From assembly GCA_964423095.1 (NCBI GenBank), contig CAYRDI010000006.1, positions 1 to 61,064 on the forward strand: 61,064 bases of DNA, written 5' to 3'. This stretch comes from an uncultured Micavibrio sp. (GTDB taxonomy: Bacteria; Pseudomonadota; Alphaproteobacteria; Micavibrionales; Micavibrionaceae). Below are positions 26,922-37,347 of this stretch, piece by piece. Numbering within the stretch: position 1 is the first letter of the stretch; each line of letters begins with the position of its first letter. Under the pieces are notes generated by a model. It saw nothing but the letters and a program-made list of their open reading frames with translations, was not told the DNA's origin and made no database searches. The position numbers and the translations under genes were made by a program.

Positions 26922-27422
26922 CTATTCCCGCTCGTTGCGCAGGACGCGGGATTTCTGGCGGTTCCAGTCGCGCTCCTTGATGGTTTCGCGCTTGTCGTAC
27001 TCCTTCTTCCCGCGGGCCAGCGCGATTTCGAGTTTTGCCAGCCCCTTGGCGTTAAAGTAAATCCGCGTCGGCACGATGGTATAACCATCACGCTGGACGG
27101 CCCCCATCATCCGGTCCCGTTGCCGTGCGGCGAGGAGGAGTTTGCGCGGACGGCGCGGCGCATGTTGAAGATGCGGGCCCGCCTGCGGGTATTCCGGGAT
27201 GTGGGCGTTCAAAAGCCAAAGCTCGCCCTTCTTCGCGGCGATGTGGGATTCCTGTAAACCGCACTGCCCATGGCGCAGGGATTTAACCTCCGTCCCCGTT
27301 AAAACGAGGCCGGCCTCCATTTTGTCTTCGAGAAAATAGTTATAGTTTGCCTTCCGGTTGTCCGCGATCGTGACATCCGTGGAAAGCAGGCCTGATTTTT
27401 TGTTTTTCTTTTTGCTAGCCAT
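26922..27422 (-). CDS. smpB: SsrA-binding protein SmpB
   Basis: 166 aa. IADNRKANYNYFLEDKMEAGLVLTGTEVKSLR and the basic C-terminal tail are canonical SmpB. Confidence 0.93.
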   Translation of the reverse strand: MASKKKNKKSGLLSTDVTIADNRKANYNYFLEDKMEAGLVLTGTEVKSLRHGQCGLQESHIAAKKGELWLLNAHIPEYPQAGPHLQHAPRRPRKLLLAARQRDRMMGAVQRDGYTIVPTRIYFNAKGLAKLEIALARGKKEYDKRETIKERDWNRQKSRVLRNERE

Positions 27423-28323
27423 GGGCCCGCAATGTGGCCTTTTGTCCGCCGGAAATCAAGCCGGCAAAGACCAAAGCCTCATCCACCGCGGCGCGGGCGG
27501 ATTTCGAGGCCGGAACCAGCGGCAGCCGGACCTCATCCGTGCCATAGCCAAGACAGGCAGCGGCATATTTGACGGGCGCAGGAGACGTTTCGCAGAACAA
27601 CGCCTTGTGTAGCGGGGCCAGTTTGTCCCGGCACGCGGCCATGGTTTTGAGATCACCCGCCGCCCACGCATCCTGCATTTGTGCACAAAGCGCGGGCGCA
27701 ACATTCGAGGTGACGGAAATGCAGCCATCACCGCCCTGTGCCAAAAATCCGGTCGCGGTATCGTCATTCCCGGATAGCTGGCAGAAGGAATCACCCAGGC
27801 GGTTTTTCATCAAAAGCGGACGACCCAGATCGCCCGTGGCATCTTTGACCCCGACAATACGGGGCAGTTCGGCGAGTTTGCACATCGTATCCATGGACAT
27901 GTCGATCACGCTCCGCCCCGGAATATTGTAGATGATGATGGGAATATTGGTAGCGTCATGCAGGGCTTTGTAATGTTGATACAGGCCTTCCTGTGAAGGT
28001 TTGTTGTAATAGGGCGTGACCACCAGCGCGGCATCCGCCCCGGCTTTTTGCGCCTGAGTCGTCAGCCACAAGGCCTCACGCGTGGAATTCGAGCCTGTTC
28101 CTGCAATCACGGGAATGCGTCCCGCGACGATGCGGATGCAGCGTTCCACAACCTTGTCGTGCTCTTCATGCGAAAGGGTGGGGGATTCCCCCGTCGTGCC
28201 GCAGGGGACGAGCCCGTCCGTGCCGCAGTCGATCTGGTTTTCCACCAGCTTTTCAAAGGCGGCCCAGTCGATTTCACCGTTGGAAAAAGGGGTTATCAAC
28301 GCCGTAATGGAACCTTTGAACAT
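27415..28323 (-). CDS. dapA: 4-hydroxy-tetrahydrodipicolinate synthase
   Basis: 302 aa. MFKGSITALITPF, GLVPCGTTGESPTLS, YNKP and IIIYNIPGRS are DapA hallmarks. Confidence 0.93.
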   Translation of the reverse strand: MFKGSITALITPFSNGEIDWAAFEKLVENQIDCGTDGLVPCGTTGESPTLSHEEHDKVVERCIRIVAGRIPVIAGTGSNSTREALWLTTQAQKAGADAALVVTPYYNKPSQEGLYQHYKALHDATNIPIIIYNIPGRSVIDMSMDTMCKLAELPRIVGVKDATGDLGRPLLMKNRLGDSFCQLSGNDDTATGFLAQGGDGCISVTSNVAPALCAQMQDAWAAGDLKTMAACRDKLAPLHKALFCETSPAPVKYAAACLGYGTDEVRLPLVPASKSARAAVDEALVFAGLISGGQKATLRAHG

Positions 28324-28399
28324 TTTTCACTCGTCTGGTTTAAGGGTTTGGATATAGACTAGAGTATAATTTCCGATGACCACTGGCAAGGTATAGTCC

Positions 28400-30313
28400 A
28401 TGCAAGCCCGGCACTTGTTTTTGTTCGTTTTTCTGGCGTTTTTAACGATTGCGCCGTCAAGGGCCGGTGCGGAAAGCCAGAATTTTGCCGCATCGAGCCG
28501 TGCAGACACCGAAGGCCGCCATGATGCGCCTGATCCAAGCGCGGCCGCGCAATGGCTGGATTACTACCAAAACGAAACGCCATCCGCGAGCTTTCAAACC
28601 ATCGCATCTTTCGTGCAAAAGCACCCCGATTTTCCCGTGATGAACAAGTTGCGCGCGCTTGCGGAAAAAGCCATGCCTTCGTCGTTGCCCGATGAGCAAA
28701 CATTGTCGTGGTTTTCAACGAACCCGCCGCAAACGACCTTTGGCATGAAGATGTATGCCGCGGCCCTGTCCCGCGCCGGGCAACAGGCAAAGGCCAAAGA
28801 GGAAATCCGCACATGGTGGAAAGAGGCGGGCGTGAAACCCGATGAACAAAAGGCGGGCTATCAGGCGTTTTCCAATCTTTTGGATGGTGCAACGAATGCC
28901 AAACGGTTGAACGTGTTGTTGCACAAGGGGCAATACACAAACGCGCGGGCCTTGGCTTCATGGATGGGCACGGGATATGTGGCGTTGACCGATGCGCGTA
29001 TCGCCCTGCAAACAGGAAGGGGAAATGTGGATGGTTTGGTTGCGCGCGTGCCCACATCTCTTCAAAACGATGAAGGATTGTTGTTCGACCGCCTTCGCTG
29101 GCGGCGCAAGGCGGATTTCGATCAGGGTGCCGTGGACGTTTTAAAGCAGCAACCCGCATACGAAAATCTTTATGACGCCGATGATTGGGGCAAGGAGCGC
29201 ACGATCATCGCGCGCCGGTATTTTGAAAACGGGAAATTTCAATCCGCCTATGTCATTTCCGCCAACCATAAAATCAAAAAAGGAACAGGGTTTGCCGCCA
29301 ATGAATGGTTCGCCGGATGGCTGGCCACGGATTATCTCAACAAACCGATGGAAGGATTTCAGCATTTCGAGAAACTCTACCACAATGTCGAAACGCCGAT
29401 CAGCAAATCCCGCGCCGCCTATTGGGCGGGGGTGGCCAGCGAACGGTTGAACCATCCGGAAGTCGCCATCAAATGGTACAGGGAGGCGGCAAAATACCCC
29501 GCGACGTTCTATGGGCAGCTTTCAGCAAAAAAGGCGGGAACTGGAGGAAAAGTTATAAGGACGTCCGTTGCGCCGGATGCTTACGCGACATCGTCTTTGG
29601 GCAAGGCAGCACGATGGTTGAAATCCAACGGTTATAAAACCGAGGCCGGATTCTTTTTAACAAAGATGATCGATGCCGCGAAAACACCGCAGGATTATGC
29701 CGCTGTGGCAAAGCTGGCGCGTGATCTTTCCATGCAGAATTATGCGATCAAGGCGGCGCAGGAGTGTGAGACAAAAACCGGCACATTGATGGTCGATGAT
29801 GCTTTCCCGCGCGTGGAAAAATATATGAAGGGGACGGACGTTGAATGGGCGTTGGTTCATGGATTGATCCGTCAGGAAAGCCGGTATGATGCGGTGGCGA
29901 TCAGTTCCGCTGGCGCGCGGGGGCTCATGCAGCTAATGCCGCGCACGGCAAGCGAGGTTGCCAGAAAAGCGGGCCTGTCCCACGATGTGGGGTGGCTGAC
30001 ATCAAAACCCGCGCACAATGTTTCACTGGGTACGAAATATCTTCAAAAACTTCTGACCAAATATGACGGGAACTATGCCTTAACGCTCGCGGCCTATAAT
30101 GCGGGGCCTGCTCGCGTTGACAGGTGGGTAGAAGAATTTGGCGATCCGCGCGACCCGAAGGTGGACTTGGTCAACTGGATCGAAAGCATTCCGATTTATG
30201 AAACCAGAAACTATGTCCAGCGTGTTCTGGAAGGGGTGAATGTGTATCGTCAGACATTGTCTTCCAATCCCGGCAGGGCCAATGGCGGCATAACGCACAT
30301 TGCCCTGCAATAG
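28400..30313 (+). CDS. Soluble lytic murein transglycosylase (Slt70-like)
   Basis: 637 aa with a signal peptide, a superhelical N-terminal region and a C-terminal SLT domain carrying the catalytic block LIRQESRYD....SSAGARGLMQLMP and AYNAGP. Confidence 0.85.
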   Translation: MQARHLFLFVFLAFLTIAPSRAGAESQNFAASSRADTEGRHDAPDPSAAAQWLDYYQNETPSASFQTIASFVQKHPDFPVMNKLRALAEKAMPSSLPDEQTLSWFSTNPPQTTFGMKMYAAALSRAGQQAKAKEEIRTWWKEAGVKPDEQKAGYQAFSNLLDGATNAKRLNVLLHKGQYTNARALASWMGTGYVALTDARIALQTGRGNVDGLVARVPTSLQNDEGLLFDRLRWRRKADFDQGAVDVLKQQPAYENLYDADDWGKERTIIARRYFENGKFQSAYVISANHKIKKGTGFAANEWFAGWLATDYLNKPMEGFQHFEKLYHNVETPISKSRAAYWAGVASERLNHPEVAIKWYREAAKYPATFYGQLSAKKAGTGGKVIRTSVAPDAYATSSLGKAARWLKSNGYKTEAGFFLTKMIDAAKTPQDYAAVAKLARDLSMQNYAIKAAQECETKTGTLMVDDAFPRVEKYMKGTDVEWALVHGLIRQESRYDAVAISSAGARGLMQLMPRTASEVARKAGLSHDVGWLTSKPAHNVSLGTKYLQKLLTKYDGNYALTLAAYNAGPARVDRWVEEFGDPRDPKVDLVNWIESIPIYETRNYVQRVLEGVNVYRQTLSSNPGRANGGITHIALQ

Positions 30314-30428
30314 CGCTTTCATTCGCGTTTTGCGGATTTTTTTTCAAAATGCAAATAATCCATCATTGATTTAAAAGGATATTTTCCGGCAAGGCTTTTG
30401 CAGTGTCATGGGTCAGGAGGTATTTGCC

Positions 30429-31007
30429 ATGACCGATATTTTGATTGCCGACCCGCACCCCGTTTATTGCGAGGCACTGCGTTCGTATCTTTTGGGGATC
30501 AATGATGAACTATTGATCGAAACGGTTTCGGACCGGGGCGGCATAGAACGGGCGATAGAAGAATCCGGGCCCGCCTTTACAGTAATCGGCGGTGATTTTT
30601 ATGACCCGCATTATTTTGAAAACCGCAAGGATATGCGGATTGTTGTTTTGGTGGATGATCCCGAAGAGGTGCGGGCCCATCAAATGGAGCATGCCGATCA
30701 TGTTTTTTTACGGACGATGCCGGGCCGGGAATGGTCGTCCGCGCTGGCGTATCTTTCCGGTGGGACGGGAGCACACGTATCTATGGTGCCACCACGTGAA
30801 GATCCGCCAATCCATGTAGTGTCTTTGACGAAGAGGGAGAAGGAGGTCCTTTCCTTTCTGGCGCAGGGCGCATCGAACAAGGAAATTGCACGGGCGTTGG
30901 GCGTGCAGGAGGTTACGGTCAAATTGCATGTGCGCGGCGTTTGCCGGAAGTTAGGGGCCAAAAACAGGACCCAAGCCGCCCTGCGCGCACGGGAATATGG
31001 CCGGTAA
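30429..31007 (+). CDS. LuxR/FixJ-family transcription factor with degenerate receiver domain
   Basis: C-terminal HTH LTKREKEVLSFLAQGASNKEIARALGVQEVTVKLHVRGVCRKLG. The N-terminal receiver-like fold lacks a clear DD pocket and the T/S and K positions. The ORF-track start at 30408 is also possible. Confidence 0.72.
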   Translation: MTDILIADPHPVYCEALRSYLLGINDELLIETVSDRGGIERAIEESGPAFTVIGGDFYDPHYFENRKDMRIVVLVDDPEEVRAHQMEHADHVFLRTMPGREWSSALAYLSGGTGAHVSMVPPREDPPIHVVSLTKREKEVLSFLAQGASNKEIARALGVQEVTVKLHVRGVCRKLGAKNRTQAALRAREYGR

Positions 31008-31060
31008 CGGCAACGGGTTTGTGTGGATTTGTATCCGCTTTGGCGGTATCGTTGGCCATC

Positions 31061-32251
31061 ATGGTTCCCGCACGGCAAATTATCCCCGCAGACTGGATGA
31101 CGGATTATAAAACCGTCAAGGTCATGCAGGTTTTGGGCGGATACGGCCTTCCGGCGGAATCCATGTTTGTGGGTGGGTGCGTGCGCAACATGCTGCTGGC
31201 CCGTCCGGTCAAGGACATCGACATTGCCACCATTCATCATCCGCAAGCGGTGATGGACAAGTTGTCTGCAAACGGCATCCGGTTCGTTCCGACGGGTCTG
31301 GAACACGGCACGGTCACGGCGATTGTCGAAGACGCCACGTTCGAAATCACCACGCTCCGCAAGGACGTGGAAACGGACGGGCGTCATGCCGTTATTGCCT
31401 TTACCGAAGTGTGGGGTGAAGACGCGCAGAGGCGCGATTTTACGATGAACACCTTGCTGGCCACGCCGGATGGCATGATTTACGACCCATTGGGAAGCGG
31501 TCTTGCCGATCTTGATGACCGCAAGGTACGGTTTGTGGGTGTTCCGGATGACCGCGTGGCCGAAGATTATTTGCGGATATTGCGGTTTTTCCGGTTTCAT
31601 GCGCTGTACGGGGAAGGGGCCGCGGATGAAGAGGCACTGAGCGTATGCAAGGATCACGCGGACAGTTTGACCAAATTGTCGAAAGAGCGGGTGACGCAGG
31701 AACTTTTAAAGATTCTGATGGTGCCAAAACCATCCGCAATTTTAAACCTGATGTTTTCGCATGTCGTTCTTGCGCCTTTTTCAAAAGGGTACAACGAAGA
31801 CGTTTTTGCAAGGCTTTGCGATATGCAGGAACGCCATGATGCGGGCGATGTTCTGACGCGGCTGGTGGTGTTGAACGGATTGAAGAAGCCGCATATTTAT
31901 GACCGGCTTTCTTTGTCGAATGCGCAGATGCGGGACATTGAAAATATTGTGGCTGCCAGCGTTTTGTTGAAGTCCATATCGAAAAAGAAAACACGCGAAG
32001 CGGTTTACCGGTTCGGCAACCGCATCGCCGTGCAGGGATATTTGTTGCGGCTAGCGGTCAAGGATGATTTTCCCGATCTGGATGTGCTCGATGTGGCGCG
32101 GTACTGGCAGGCACCCGTATTTCCAGTGTCCGGCAACGATCTGATCGCCGCCGGCATGATTCCCGGGCCGGCGCTTGGCGAAAAGCTCGCCAAGCTGGAA
32201 TCCAAATGGATAAAAAAAGATTTTCCGTCTGACGTTACATACAGGAAATAA
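31061..32251 (+). CDS. cca: CCA-adding enzyme / poly(A) polymerase-family tRNA nucleotidyltransferase
   Basis: GGCVRNMLLARPVKDIDIAT plus RRDFTMN motifs. I trim the start to M41 of the ORF-track protein so it does not overlap the LuxR gene. The start is uncertain. Confidence 0.78.
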   Translation: MVPARQIIPADWMTDYKTVKVMQVLGGYGLPAESMFVGGCVRNMLLARPVKDIDIATIHHPQAVMDKLSANGIRFVPTGLEHGTVTAIVEDATFEITTLRKDVETDGRHAVIAFTEVWGEDAQRRDFTMNTLLATPDGMIYDPLGSGLADLDDRKVRFVGVPDDRVAEDYLRILRFFRFHALYGEGAADEEALSVCKDHADSLTKLSKERVTQELLKILMVPKPSAILNLMFSHVVLAPFSKGYNEDVFARLCDMQERHDAGDVLTRLVVLNGLKKPHIYDRLSLSNAQMRDIENIVAASVLLKSISKKKTREAVYRFGNRIAVQGYLLRLAVKDDFPDLDVLDVARYWQAPVFPVSGNDLIAAGMIPGPALGEKLAKLESKWIKKDFPSDVTYRK

Positions 32252-32252
32252 A

Positions 32253-32275
32253 AAGGCCCCGAAGCGGAGCCTTTT
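32253..32275. terminator. Bidirectional hairpin terminator between cca and a small convergent ORF
   Basis: Stem GGCCCC/GGAGCC (one mismatch) flanked by AAAA on the left and TTTT on the right. Confidence 0.4.
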
Positions 32276-32279
32276 GGAA

Positions 32280-32456
32280 TTATGCCTGCGGCGGTTGCGG
32301 GGTCGGTAATGTCTGCGCTTGTTGTTGCGAAGATCGGGCCTCCCATGCGGCCTTTCTTTTTGCAATGTCGGCATCTTCGTAGTCTTTGCATAGTTGGCTT
32401 GTCGGATCCAGCTTTTCGCGGCGGGCGGCATAATCTGCGGCTGTAATTCTTGGCAT
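32280..32456 (-). CDS. Small ORF (58 aa), hypothetical
   Basis: Below the 60-aa track cutoff. ATG preceded by AGAGGGAAACT, a good SD. Translates to MPRITAADYAARREKLDPTSQLCKDYEDADIAKRKAAWEARSSQQQAQTLPTPQPPQA and is followed by a hairpin. Confidence 0.35.
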   Translation of the reverse strand: MPRITAADYAARREKLDPTSQLCKDYEDADIAKRKAAWEARSSQQQAQTLPTPQPPQA

Positions 32457-32586
32457 AGTTTCCCTCTTGGATAGGTTTCTGACTGGCGGATTTATACAGT
32501 CATTTTAGGAAAACAGGCAATATTTTTATGTGAATAAATGCTGTGAGTTAGCTATAAAATTGCCTTGCGATTGAGAAAATACAAAC

Positions 32587-33498
32587 TTACGGCCATTTTA
32601 CCTCTGGTGGCATGGACATCAGGATGGCCTCGGTATTGCCCCCGGTTTTGAGCCCGAACTGGGTTCCCCGGTCATAGAGCAGATTGAATTCCACATAGCG
32701 GCCGCGGCGGACGAGTTGGTGTTCCCGCTGTGCGGGCGTCCAGTCCCTGTTCATATGTTTGCGGACAATCGCGGGATAAGTCTGTGCAAAGGTTTTTCCG
32801 ACATCCTGTGTAAAGGCAAAATCCGCCGCCCAGTCCTTCGTATCCAGATAATCATAGAATATCCCGCCAATCCCGCGCGGTTCGTTCCGGTGCGGCAGGA
32901 AAAAGTATTCATCGCACCATTGTTTGAATTTCGGGTGATAGGCCGGATCATGCCGATCACAGCAATCCTTGAACGCGGCGTGCCATTGCGCGGTGTCGTC
33001 ATCGTCCGGAGTCATCGGCGTTAAATCCGCGCCGCCGCCAAACCATGATTGCGATGTGCAAACCATGCGCGTGTTCATGTGTACGGCGGGGACGAGCGGG
33101 GATTGCATATGCGCGACCAGAGAAATGCCGGCGGCCCAGAAGGCCCCGTTGCTTTCCTTTGCACCGGGCATTTGCGCCGCGAATTGTTCCGAAAATGTGC
33201 CATGGACACAGGAGATGTTCACGCCGACCTTTTCAAATAGGCGGCCACGCATGATGGACATTTCACCGCCGCCGTTCAAAATACTGCCCGATATGTTTGG
33301 CTGTTCGGATTCTTCACGGTTCCACGGCGTGCGCGTAAAACGGCCCGCGGGCAGGGCGGCCTTCGCCGTGCCGGAAAGGCCATCTTCCAGCGTTTCAAAC
33401 GCGGTGCAGATTTGGTTCCGCAGATCCGTAAACCATGCGAAGGCCTGTTGTTTGCGGTCTTCCATATAATCGGATTTTTCTTTTGTATTTAAACTCAT
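32587..33498 (-). CDS. hemF: Oxygen-dependent coproporphyrinogen III oxidase
   Basis: 303 aa. [28 protein letters not shown] and the PPEVKW ending are HemF hallmarks. Confidence 0.93.
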   Translation of the reverse strand: MSLNTKEKSDYMEDRKQQAFAWFTDLRNQICTAFETLEDGLSGTAKAALPAGRFTRTPWNREESEQPNISGSILNGGGEMSIMRGRLFEKVGVNISCVHGTFSEQFAAQMPGAKESNGAFWAAGISLVAHMQSPLVPAVHMNTRMVCTSQSWFGGGADLTPMTPDDDDTAQWHAAFKDCCDRHDPAYHPKFKQWCDEYFFLPHRNEPRGIGGIFYDYLDTKDWAADFAFTQDVGKTFAQTYPAIVRKHMNRDWTPAQREHQLVRRGRYVEFNLLYDRGTQFGLKTGGNTEAILMSMPPEVKWP

Positions 33499-33989
33499 TG
33501 CGCTGCTTTTTTAATGTTTGTTTGGGCGTGGGTCAATTGTCGCATCGCTTCGCCCACCACCATGGCGCAGGCATTCACCACATTCATGGACCGCACCCCA
33601 CCCGGCATGGGGATGGTCAGGCGGGCATCAACCTGCGCATGGACGTATTCCGGTGCCCCCGCGCTTTCCTGTCCGGCCAGAAGAATGTCCCCGTCCTGAA
33701 AGGCGAAATCCAGATAGGATTGGTCCGATTTTGTGGTGAGCAGCAGCACGCGGTTTTGCGCGTAATCAGCACGAAATGAGTCCCAGTTTGCGTGTTTATG
33801 CAAGGTCACATGATCGATGTAATCCATCGCGGAACGGCGGATTTTCGCCTCGTCCCACAGGAATCCCGTTGGTTCGATGATGTCCAGCGGAATGCCCATG
33901 CAGGCACACAGCCGCATGGCCGCACCCGTGTTTTGCGGAATCTCCGGCTGGAACAGCGCGAGATGGATGGGGCGGTTGCGGTTTTGCAT
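33495..33989 (-). CDS. trmL: tRNA (cytidine/uridine-2'-O)-methyltransferase TrmL (SpoU family)
   Basis: 164 aa. [21 protein letters not shown]...PLDIIEP and the C-terminal SMNVVNA knot motifs. Confidence 0.88.
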   Translation of the reverse strand: MQNRNRPIHLALFQPEIPQNTGAAMRLCACMGIPLDIIEPTGFLWDEAKIRRSAMDYIDHVTLHKHANWDSFRADYAQNRVLLLTTKSDQSYLDFAFQDGDILLAGQESAGAPEYVHAQVDARLTIPMPGGVRSMNVVNACAMVVGEAMRQLTHAQTNIKKAAQ

Positions 33990-34111
33990 GGCGCACTGTA
34001 TGATCTTTTTTTGCGGAAATCCACAAATCCTCTCTTGTTTTCAGGGGGTTTTTGGTGATACTCCAAAGCAGAAATTCGATCTCTAACACTTCTATATACG
34101 GCATCAAAAAA

Positions 34112-34672
34112 ATGAGTGCAGACAACCCCATGAACAATCCCGGACACCATGCTGAGGACGGCGAAACACGCCGCGATTTCCTGTTTTTGACGGCGGCGGC
34201 CTTTGGCGCGGTCGGGGCGGGGTCTGTCGCATGGCCTTTCGTCAATCAGATGAACCCGGCGGCCGATACGGTGGCGTTGTCCACGACAGAGGTAAACCTC
34301 GCACCGATCGAAGTGGGGCAGGCCATCACCGTGATGTGGCAGGGCAAACCCGTGTTCGTCCGCCGCCGCACGCCGCAGGAAATTAAAGACGCCGAAGACG
34401 CCAAAATGTCCGATTTGAAAGATCCGGAATCCGATACCGCGCGGGTGCAAAAACCTGAATGGCTGGTCGTGGTTGGAATCTGCACGCACCTTGGTTGCGT
34501 GCCGCAGGGGCAAAAGCCGACCGACGCGCGCGGTGAATATGGCGGCTGGTTTTGCCCATGTCACGGGTCGCAATACGATACATCGGGCCGTATCCGCAAA
34601 GGCCCGGCACCGAAAAACCTGTTGGTGCCGAAATATACATTCGTCAACGATACGACCATTCGCATCGGATAA
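34112..34672 (+). CDS. petA: Ubiquinol-cytochrome c reductase Rieske iron-sulfur subunit
   Basis: Tat-type RRDFLF anchor and Rieske boxes CTHLGCVP and [10 protein letters not shown] start at MSADNP, downstream of the ORF-track start. Confidence 0.93.
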   Translation: MSADNPMNNPGHHAEDGETRRDFLFLTAAAFGAVGAGSVAWPFVNQMNPAADTVALSTTEVNLAPIEVGQAITVMWQGKPVFVRRRTPQEIKDAEDAKMSDLKDPESDTARVQKPEWLVVVGICTHLGCVPQGQKPTDARGEYGGWFCPCHGSQYDTSGRIRKGPAPKNLLVPKYTFVNDTTIRIG

Positions 34673-34696
34673 GTTTGAGCATAAGAGAGAAGAGAC

Positions 34697-36997
34697 ATGG
34701 GTTCCCAAGAACGTACGAAATTTGAAAATCCGGTTGTTGAATGGATCGATTCCCGTCTGCCGGTCTTCACGCTGATGCAAAAGGAATACGGTGTTTTTCC
34801 GACGCCGCGGAATTTCAATTATTTCTGGAATTTCGGAGCCATCGCCATGGTGATGCTGGTCACGATGATTTTGACCGGCGTGACATTGGCCATGCATTAC
34901 AACCCGAGCACGGGCGGCGCGTTCGATTCCGTTGAACGTATTATGCGCGATGTGAACTTTGGTTGGCTGATCCGTTATATGCACGCCAACGGCGCATCGT
35001 TCTTCTTCATCGCCGTTTATATTCACATCTTCCGCGGCCTTTTTTACGGATCGTATAAGGCGCCACGGGAATTGCTCTGGATTCTCGGCATGGTTATCTT
35101 CCTTTTGATGATGGCAACCGCGTTCATGGGCTATGTTTTGCCGTGGGGTCAGATGTCTTTCTGGGGCGCAACGGTGATTACGAACCTGTTTTCGGCCATT
35201 CCGTTGGTGGGGGATTCCATCGTGACGTTGTTGTGGGGCGGTTTTTCCGTCGATAACCCGACCCTGAACCGTTTCTTCGCGCTTCACTACCTGCTGCCCT
35301 TCGTTATTTTCGCCGTGGTCTTCCTCCATGTCTGGGCGTTGCATGTGACAGGCTCCAACAATCCGCTCGGCATCGATGTGAAGGGGCCGCAGGACACGCT
35401 GCCCTTCCATCCGTACTACACGATGAAGGATACGGCGGGCGTTCTCTTCTTCCTGATGATCTACGCCATGTTCACGTTCTTCATGCCGAATGCGCTGGGT
35501 CACCCGGACAACTACATTCCGGCCAATCCGTTGGTAACACCGCCGCACATTGTTCCCGAATGGTACTTCCTGCCGTTCTACGCCATCCTGAGGGCTTTCA
35601 CGTTTGATGTCAGCCTGTACATGGCGGCCACGCTCGTTCTGATCGGGTTTCTTGTCTATGATTTCTGCTGGACGAAAACGCCGGGCAATACGCTGGGCCG
35701 TATCCTGGGCAAGGTGAAAGGCTCCATCGGTCTTGGCGATGCGCCGGTAAAGGTTGGCTATGGCGTGATGGTGGCTGGTGTTGTCGTTCTCGGTATTCCG
35801 ACCTTCCTTCTGGCCTTCTGCCGCGAAATCGAAAGCCTGAAACCCTTGATCGAACAGATTCCGCTTGAAAAGGTCAGCCTGATGCCGGCCAAACTCGGCG
35901 GCGTTCTGTCCATGTTCGGTTCGATCGCGTTGCTGTTCCTGCTGCCGTTTATCGACAGACATCCAGTGCGCAGTGCCGTTTTCCGCCCCTGGTTCCGCAT
36001 GGCCGTTCTGGCTTTGCTGGTGGTGTTCGTGATACTCGGAATTTGCGGGTCCAAACCGGCCGAGGGTCTGTGGGTGCCGCTGGCGCAAAGCATGATGCTG
36101 GCGTATTTCTCATTCTTCCTCGTCTTTGTGCCGTTCTTCAACAACAACGAACCGGTTCAAAAGCTGCCGAGCAGCATTTATGAATCCGTTATCGCGGGAC
36201 ACAAATCCGTCGTGCTGGCACTGGTGCTGGCGGGGCTGGTGGCTTTTGCGCCGACAGCTTCGATGGCCGCAGAAGGAGAGGGGCATGAGTCTTCTTCCTC
36301 CGCGCACGAAAAAATTGTGTTGCCGAATATCGACTGGTCTTTTTCCGGGCCGTTCGGGACGTATGACCGTGCCGCGCTTCAACGTGGGTTCCAGGTCTAC
36401 AAGCAGGTTTGTTCGGCTTGCCATTCGATGAAACGTGTGGCGTACCGTAACCTTTCCGCCCTTGGCTATTCCGAAGACCAGATCAAATCCGTGGCCGGCG
36501 AATATACCGTGACGGACGGGCCGGATGACGAAGGCGAAATGTTCGAACGTCCAGCACGCCCAAGCGATCATTTCAAATCTCCGTACGCCAACGACAATGT
36601 GGCCAAGGCATCCAACAACGGTGCGCTGCCGCCCGATCTGTCCCTGATCGTCAAAGCGCGTCAGGGCGGGCCAAACTATGTTTACGGCATTCTCACAGGT
36701 TATCGTGAACCGCCGGCCGGGTTTGAACTGGCAAACGGTCAACATTACAATAAGGTGATGGCCGGCCATAAAATCGCCATGCCCGCACCTTTGGCCGACG
36801 GTGCCGTGACCTATGATGACGGCACGCCCGGCACTGTGGATCAGTATGCCCGCGATGTTGTTCAGTTTTTGAACTGGGCTTCGGAGCCGGAAATGGAGGC
36901 CCGCAAGCAAATGGGAATCAAGGTTTTGATTTTCTTGGGTATTTTCTTTGTCCTGATGTACAAGGTGAAGAAGAAAATCTGGGCAAAAGTTCATTAG
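34697..36997 (+). CDS. fbcH: Fused cytochrome b / cytochrome c1 (FbcH-type polyprotein)
   Basis: 766 aa in one frame. The cyt b core has the WNFG and [14 protein letters not shown] motifs. An internal signal-like segment [23 protein letters not shown] follows, then cyt c1 with CSACH heme-binding and a C-terminal TM anchor. Confidence 0.9.
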   Translation: MGSQERTKFENPVVEWIDSRLPVFTLMQKEYGVFPTPRNFNYFWNFGAIAMVMLVTMILTGVTLAMHYNPSTGGAFDSVERIMRDVNFGWLIRYMHANGASFFFIAVYIHIFRGLFYGSYKAPRELLWILGMVIFLLMMATAFMGYVLPWGQMSFWGATVITNLFSAIPLVGDSIVTLLWGGFSVDNPTLNRFFALHYLLPFVIFAVVFLHVWALHVTGSNNPLGIDVKGPQDTLPFHPYYTMKDTAGVLFFLMIYAMFTFFMPNALGHPDNYIPANPLVTPPHIVPEWYFLPFYAILRAFTFDVSLYMAATLVLIGFLVYDFCWTKTPGNTLGRILGKVKGSIGLGDAPVKVGYGVMVAGVVVLGIPTFLLAFCREIESLKPLIEQIPLEKVSLMPAKLGGVLSMFGSIALLFLLPFIDRHPVRSAVFRPWFRMAVLALLVVFVILGICGSKPAEGLWVPLAQSMMLAYFSFFLVFVPFFNNNEPVQKLPSSIYESVIAGHKSVVLALVLAGLVAFAPTASMAAEGEGHESSSSAHEKIVLPNIDWSFSGPFGTYDRAALQRGFQVYKQVCSACHSMKRVAYRNLSALGYSEDQIKSVAGEYTVTDGPDDEGEMFERPARPSDHFKSPYANDNVAKASNNGALPPDLSLIVKARQGGPNYVYGILTGYREPPAGFELANGQHYNKVMAGHKIAMPAPLADGAVTYDDGTPGTVDQYARDVVQFLNWASEPEMEARKQMGIKVLIFLGIFFVLMYKVKKKIWAKVH

Positions 36998-37064
36998 TTC
37001 AGTAAATATTCATATTAAGGCGTTTACTATAATCCTTTGATGGAATAGAGACGGGATCAGGTTT

Positions 37065-37337
37065 TTGTCGGTATCGAAGCAACAGATACGAAACCTTTTG
37101 ATTCAAGCAAAGGTGATGCAATTCTTTGCTGATATTTTTGCTGTCTTCGGGATATTCCTGTTTGTTTACATCTATCTGTCACGGTTCCAGAACAACCCGA
37201 TGGCGGCCCTTCACGACCCGTTTTTCATTGTGACCGTGTTGCTTCCCTTCATTCCCGCCGCCGTCATGGCCTATATCGCGGCAAAGAAACGGCGCGAAAT
37301 CCGCACCCTCCTTGAAGAAACCCAAAAGTCGGCCTAA
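37065..37337 (+). CDS. Small two-TM membrane protein (hypothetical)
   Basis: 90-aa ORF from a TTG, with a possible ATG at 37116. Two hydrophobic helices and a basic C-terminus. No family recognised. Confidence 0.4.
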   Translation: MSVSKQQIRNLLIQAKVMQFFADIFAVFGIFLFVYIYLSRFQNNPMAALHDPFFIVTVLLPFIPAAVMAYIAAKKRREIRTLLEETQKSA

Positions 37338-37347
37338 TATCCTTTTT

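Noticed and set aside
30698-31657. 319-aa minus-strand ORF opposite the LuxR-type and cca genes (likewise 28359..29159 opposite the lytic transglycosylase, 10278..11171 and 11310..12155 opposite the TPR gene, and 36110..36994 opposite cyt c1)
   Set aside because: All of these lie antisense to better-supported genes and lack any recognisable motif.
33806-36088. 760-aa ORF on the minus strand spanning trmL, petA and most of the cyt b/c1 gene
   Set aside because: It is antisense to three genes with unmistakable motifs. Its product is Arg/His/Gln/Gly-rich with no motif. This is typical of stop-codon depletion opposite highly expressed GC-rich genes.
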